Positions 45,880 to 47,053 of a DNA stretch of 47,053 nucleotides are shown here, in pieces. A model generated the notes under the pieces. The model searched no databases. It had not been told where the DNA came from and saw nothing but the letters and a program-made list of their open reading frames with translations. Where the stretch lies: the NCBI GenBank assembly GCA_029100965.1, contig JAQXQC010000038.1:1-47053 (forward strand), read 5' to 3'. Position numbers and translations under genes: made by a program. Source of the DNA: Bacilli bacterium (lineage in GTDB: Bacteria; Bacillota_I; Bacilli_A; RF39; UBA660). Numbering within the stretch: the first letter of the stretch is position 1; each line of letters opens with the position of its first letter.

Positions 45880-46338
45880 ATGAGAGTTGTTGTACAAAGA
45901 TGTATGAAGGCAAGTGTTTCTGTAGAAAATAAAATAGTAGGGAAAATAGATAAAGGATTAATGTTATTAGTAGGTTTTACTTATGGAGATACTGAAAAAG
46001 AAATTGATTATATGGTAGATAAGATTGTTCATTTGAGAATTTTTGATGATGAGAATGGGGTGATGAATCAATCTTTATTAGATGTTAGTGGCGGTATTTT
46101 ATCGATTAGTCAATTTACTTTATATGCAGATACTAGAAAAGGAAGAAGGCCTTCTTATATTAAGGCATTAAATGGAGATGAGGCAAAGGGTTTGTATCAG
46201 CTTTTTAATCAAAAATTAAGAAATGCTGTTGAATTGGTAGAAGAAGGAATTTTTGGTGCAGATATGAAGGTTGATTTTATTAATGATGGACCAGTTACTA
46301 TTATTTTAGAGAAAGAAGGAAATTTGGATGGAAAATAA
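45880..46338 (+). CDS. dtd: D-aminoacyl-tRNA deacylase
   Basis: MRVVVQR...GLMLLVGF...SQFTLYADTRKGRRPS...GPVTIIL. Confidence 0.95.
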   Translation: MRVVVQRCMKASVSVENKIVGKIDKGLMLLVGFTYGDTEKEIDYMVDKIVHLRIFDDENGVMNQSLLDVSGGILSISQFTLYADTRKGRRPSYIKALNGDEAKGLYQLFNQKLRNAVELVEEGIFGADMKVDFINDGPVTIILEKEGNLDGK

Positions 46339-47053
46339 AGTAAATTATAAATTATTAAATCTTTTACTTGGAATTTTAATTGTTTGTTTATTATATTTTA
46401 TTCGTGATTTATGGCTTGGTATTTTTGCGAAAGTTATTGCTATTTTACTTCCTTTTTTGGTTGCTTTTGCTGTTTCTTATGCGATTTATCCTTATTGTAA
46501 AAAGTTAGAAGGATATGGTCTTCCTAAATGGCTTTCGATGTTTGTTATTTATTTTATTATTATTGGTTTTCTTATATTAATTGGAATTACAGTTGTACCA
46601 ATGCTTTATGATCAGGTAGTATTATTTTTGAGTAATATTTCTGCTGTTGTTACAGATATTTCTTCTAAGTACGAAGTGGATTTGGGTATTTTGCAGAAGT
46701 CGATTTCTACAGTTTCTAGTGATATTTTGAAAGATGTAGGAACTTATATTTCTAGTGGGGCAATTAATATATTAAATGCTTCTATTAGCGTTCTTACGAA
46801 TTTGATTATTGTAGTTGCTGTTAGTGTTTACTTTTTATGGGATATGGATTCTATTCGTGATACAATTAAGAAGACTTTAAAAAGAATGAAGGGAAGATAT
46901 TATTCTTATGTAAAGAGATTAGATACGGAGATTAATAATTATTTTAGTGGTTTATTTAAGACAATTTTAATTCAATTTATTGAATATACGATTGTTTTTA
47001 AATTAATTGGTCATCCTAATTATTTAATTTTAAGTATTTTAGCTGCTATTACT
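46328..47053 (+). CDS. AI-2E family (PerM/UPF0118) transporter, 3' end outside the window
   Basis: Open frame from the ATG at 46328 (overlapping the dtd stop) to the window edge. Multiple TM helices with the LLPFLVAFAVSY...YFLWD pattern. Confidence 0.7.
   Translation, partial: MENKVNYKLLNLLLGILIVCLLYFIRDLWLGIFAKVIAILLPFLVAFAVSYAIYPYCKKLEGYGLPKWLSMFVIYFIIIGFLILIGITVVPMLYDQVVLFLSNISAVVTDISSKYEVDLGILQKSISTVSSDILKDVGTYISSGAINILNASISVLTNLIIVVAVSVYFLWDMDSIRDTIKKTLKRMKGRYYSYVKRLDTEINNYFSGLFKTILIQFIEYTIVFKLIGHPNYLILSILAAIT

Noticed and set aside
1-47053. CRISPR arrays, tRNA or rRNA genes, IS elements and LPXTG-type sorting signals
   Set aside because: I saw no regularly spaced direct repeats, no cloverleaf-like or rRNA-like GC-rich segments, no transposase ORF and no LPXTG motif on reading through. 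Absence is judged by eye only.

Overview
Very AT-rich Bacillota (Firmicutes) DNA in two parts. (1) Positions 1 to about 30.7 kb are the right-hand part of an integrative conjugative element (ICE). Its left end is outside the window. It carries a partial ssb, small XRE-type regulators, MobC plus a relaxase, PcfB, a VirD4-type coupling protein, Maff2-, VirB6- and PrgI-like proteins, a VirB4 ATPase, an embedded HU gene, an M23 cell-wall hydrolase, a sigma-70-like regulator, an excisionase and two tandem tyrosine integrases. The element ends just upstream of chromosomal uvrB. (2) Positions 30.76 to 47 kb are housekeeping genes: uvrB, spoIIM-family, an SDR, an RNase J paralog, a GNAT fusion, a TroA/ZnuA-like lipoprotein, rnc, rhomboid, a SEDS protein, dtd and an AI-2E transporter. 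The most interesting content is the 12 kb ICE cargo at 14267..26266, which reads as a self-contained, apparently non-cellulolytic cohesin-dockerin surface-assembly kit. It has a 1048-aa scaffoldin (cohesin, ten Big_2 domains, SPKTG sorting signal), a second membrane-anchored cohesin protein, a class B sortase, and four secreted dockerin-bearing proteins, none with a recognisable glycoside hydrolase domain (one has a CAP domain). Other points worth a second look are four TTACACGAAT motifs at the ICE/uvrB junction, stacked terminators and a long hairpin ahead of the ICE regulatory module, an ORF-free region of about 40% GC, and a patch of about 50% GC, rich in CpG, inside a duplicated Cys-rich chromosomal surface protein. 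All calls rest on reading the translations and sequence by eye; no database search was run.
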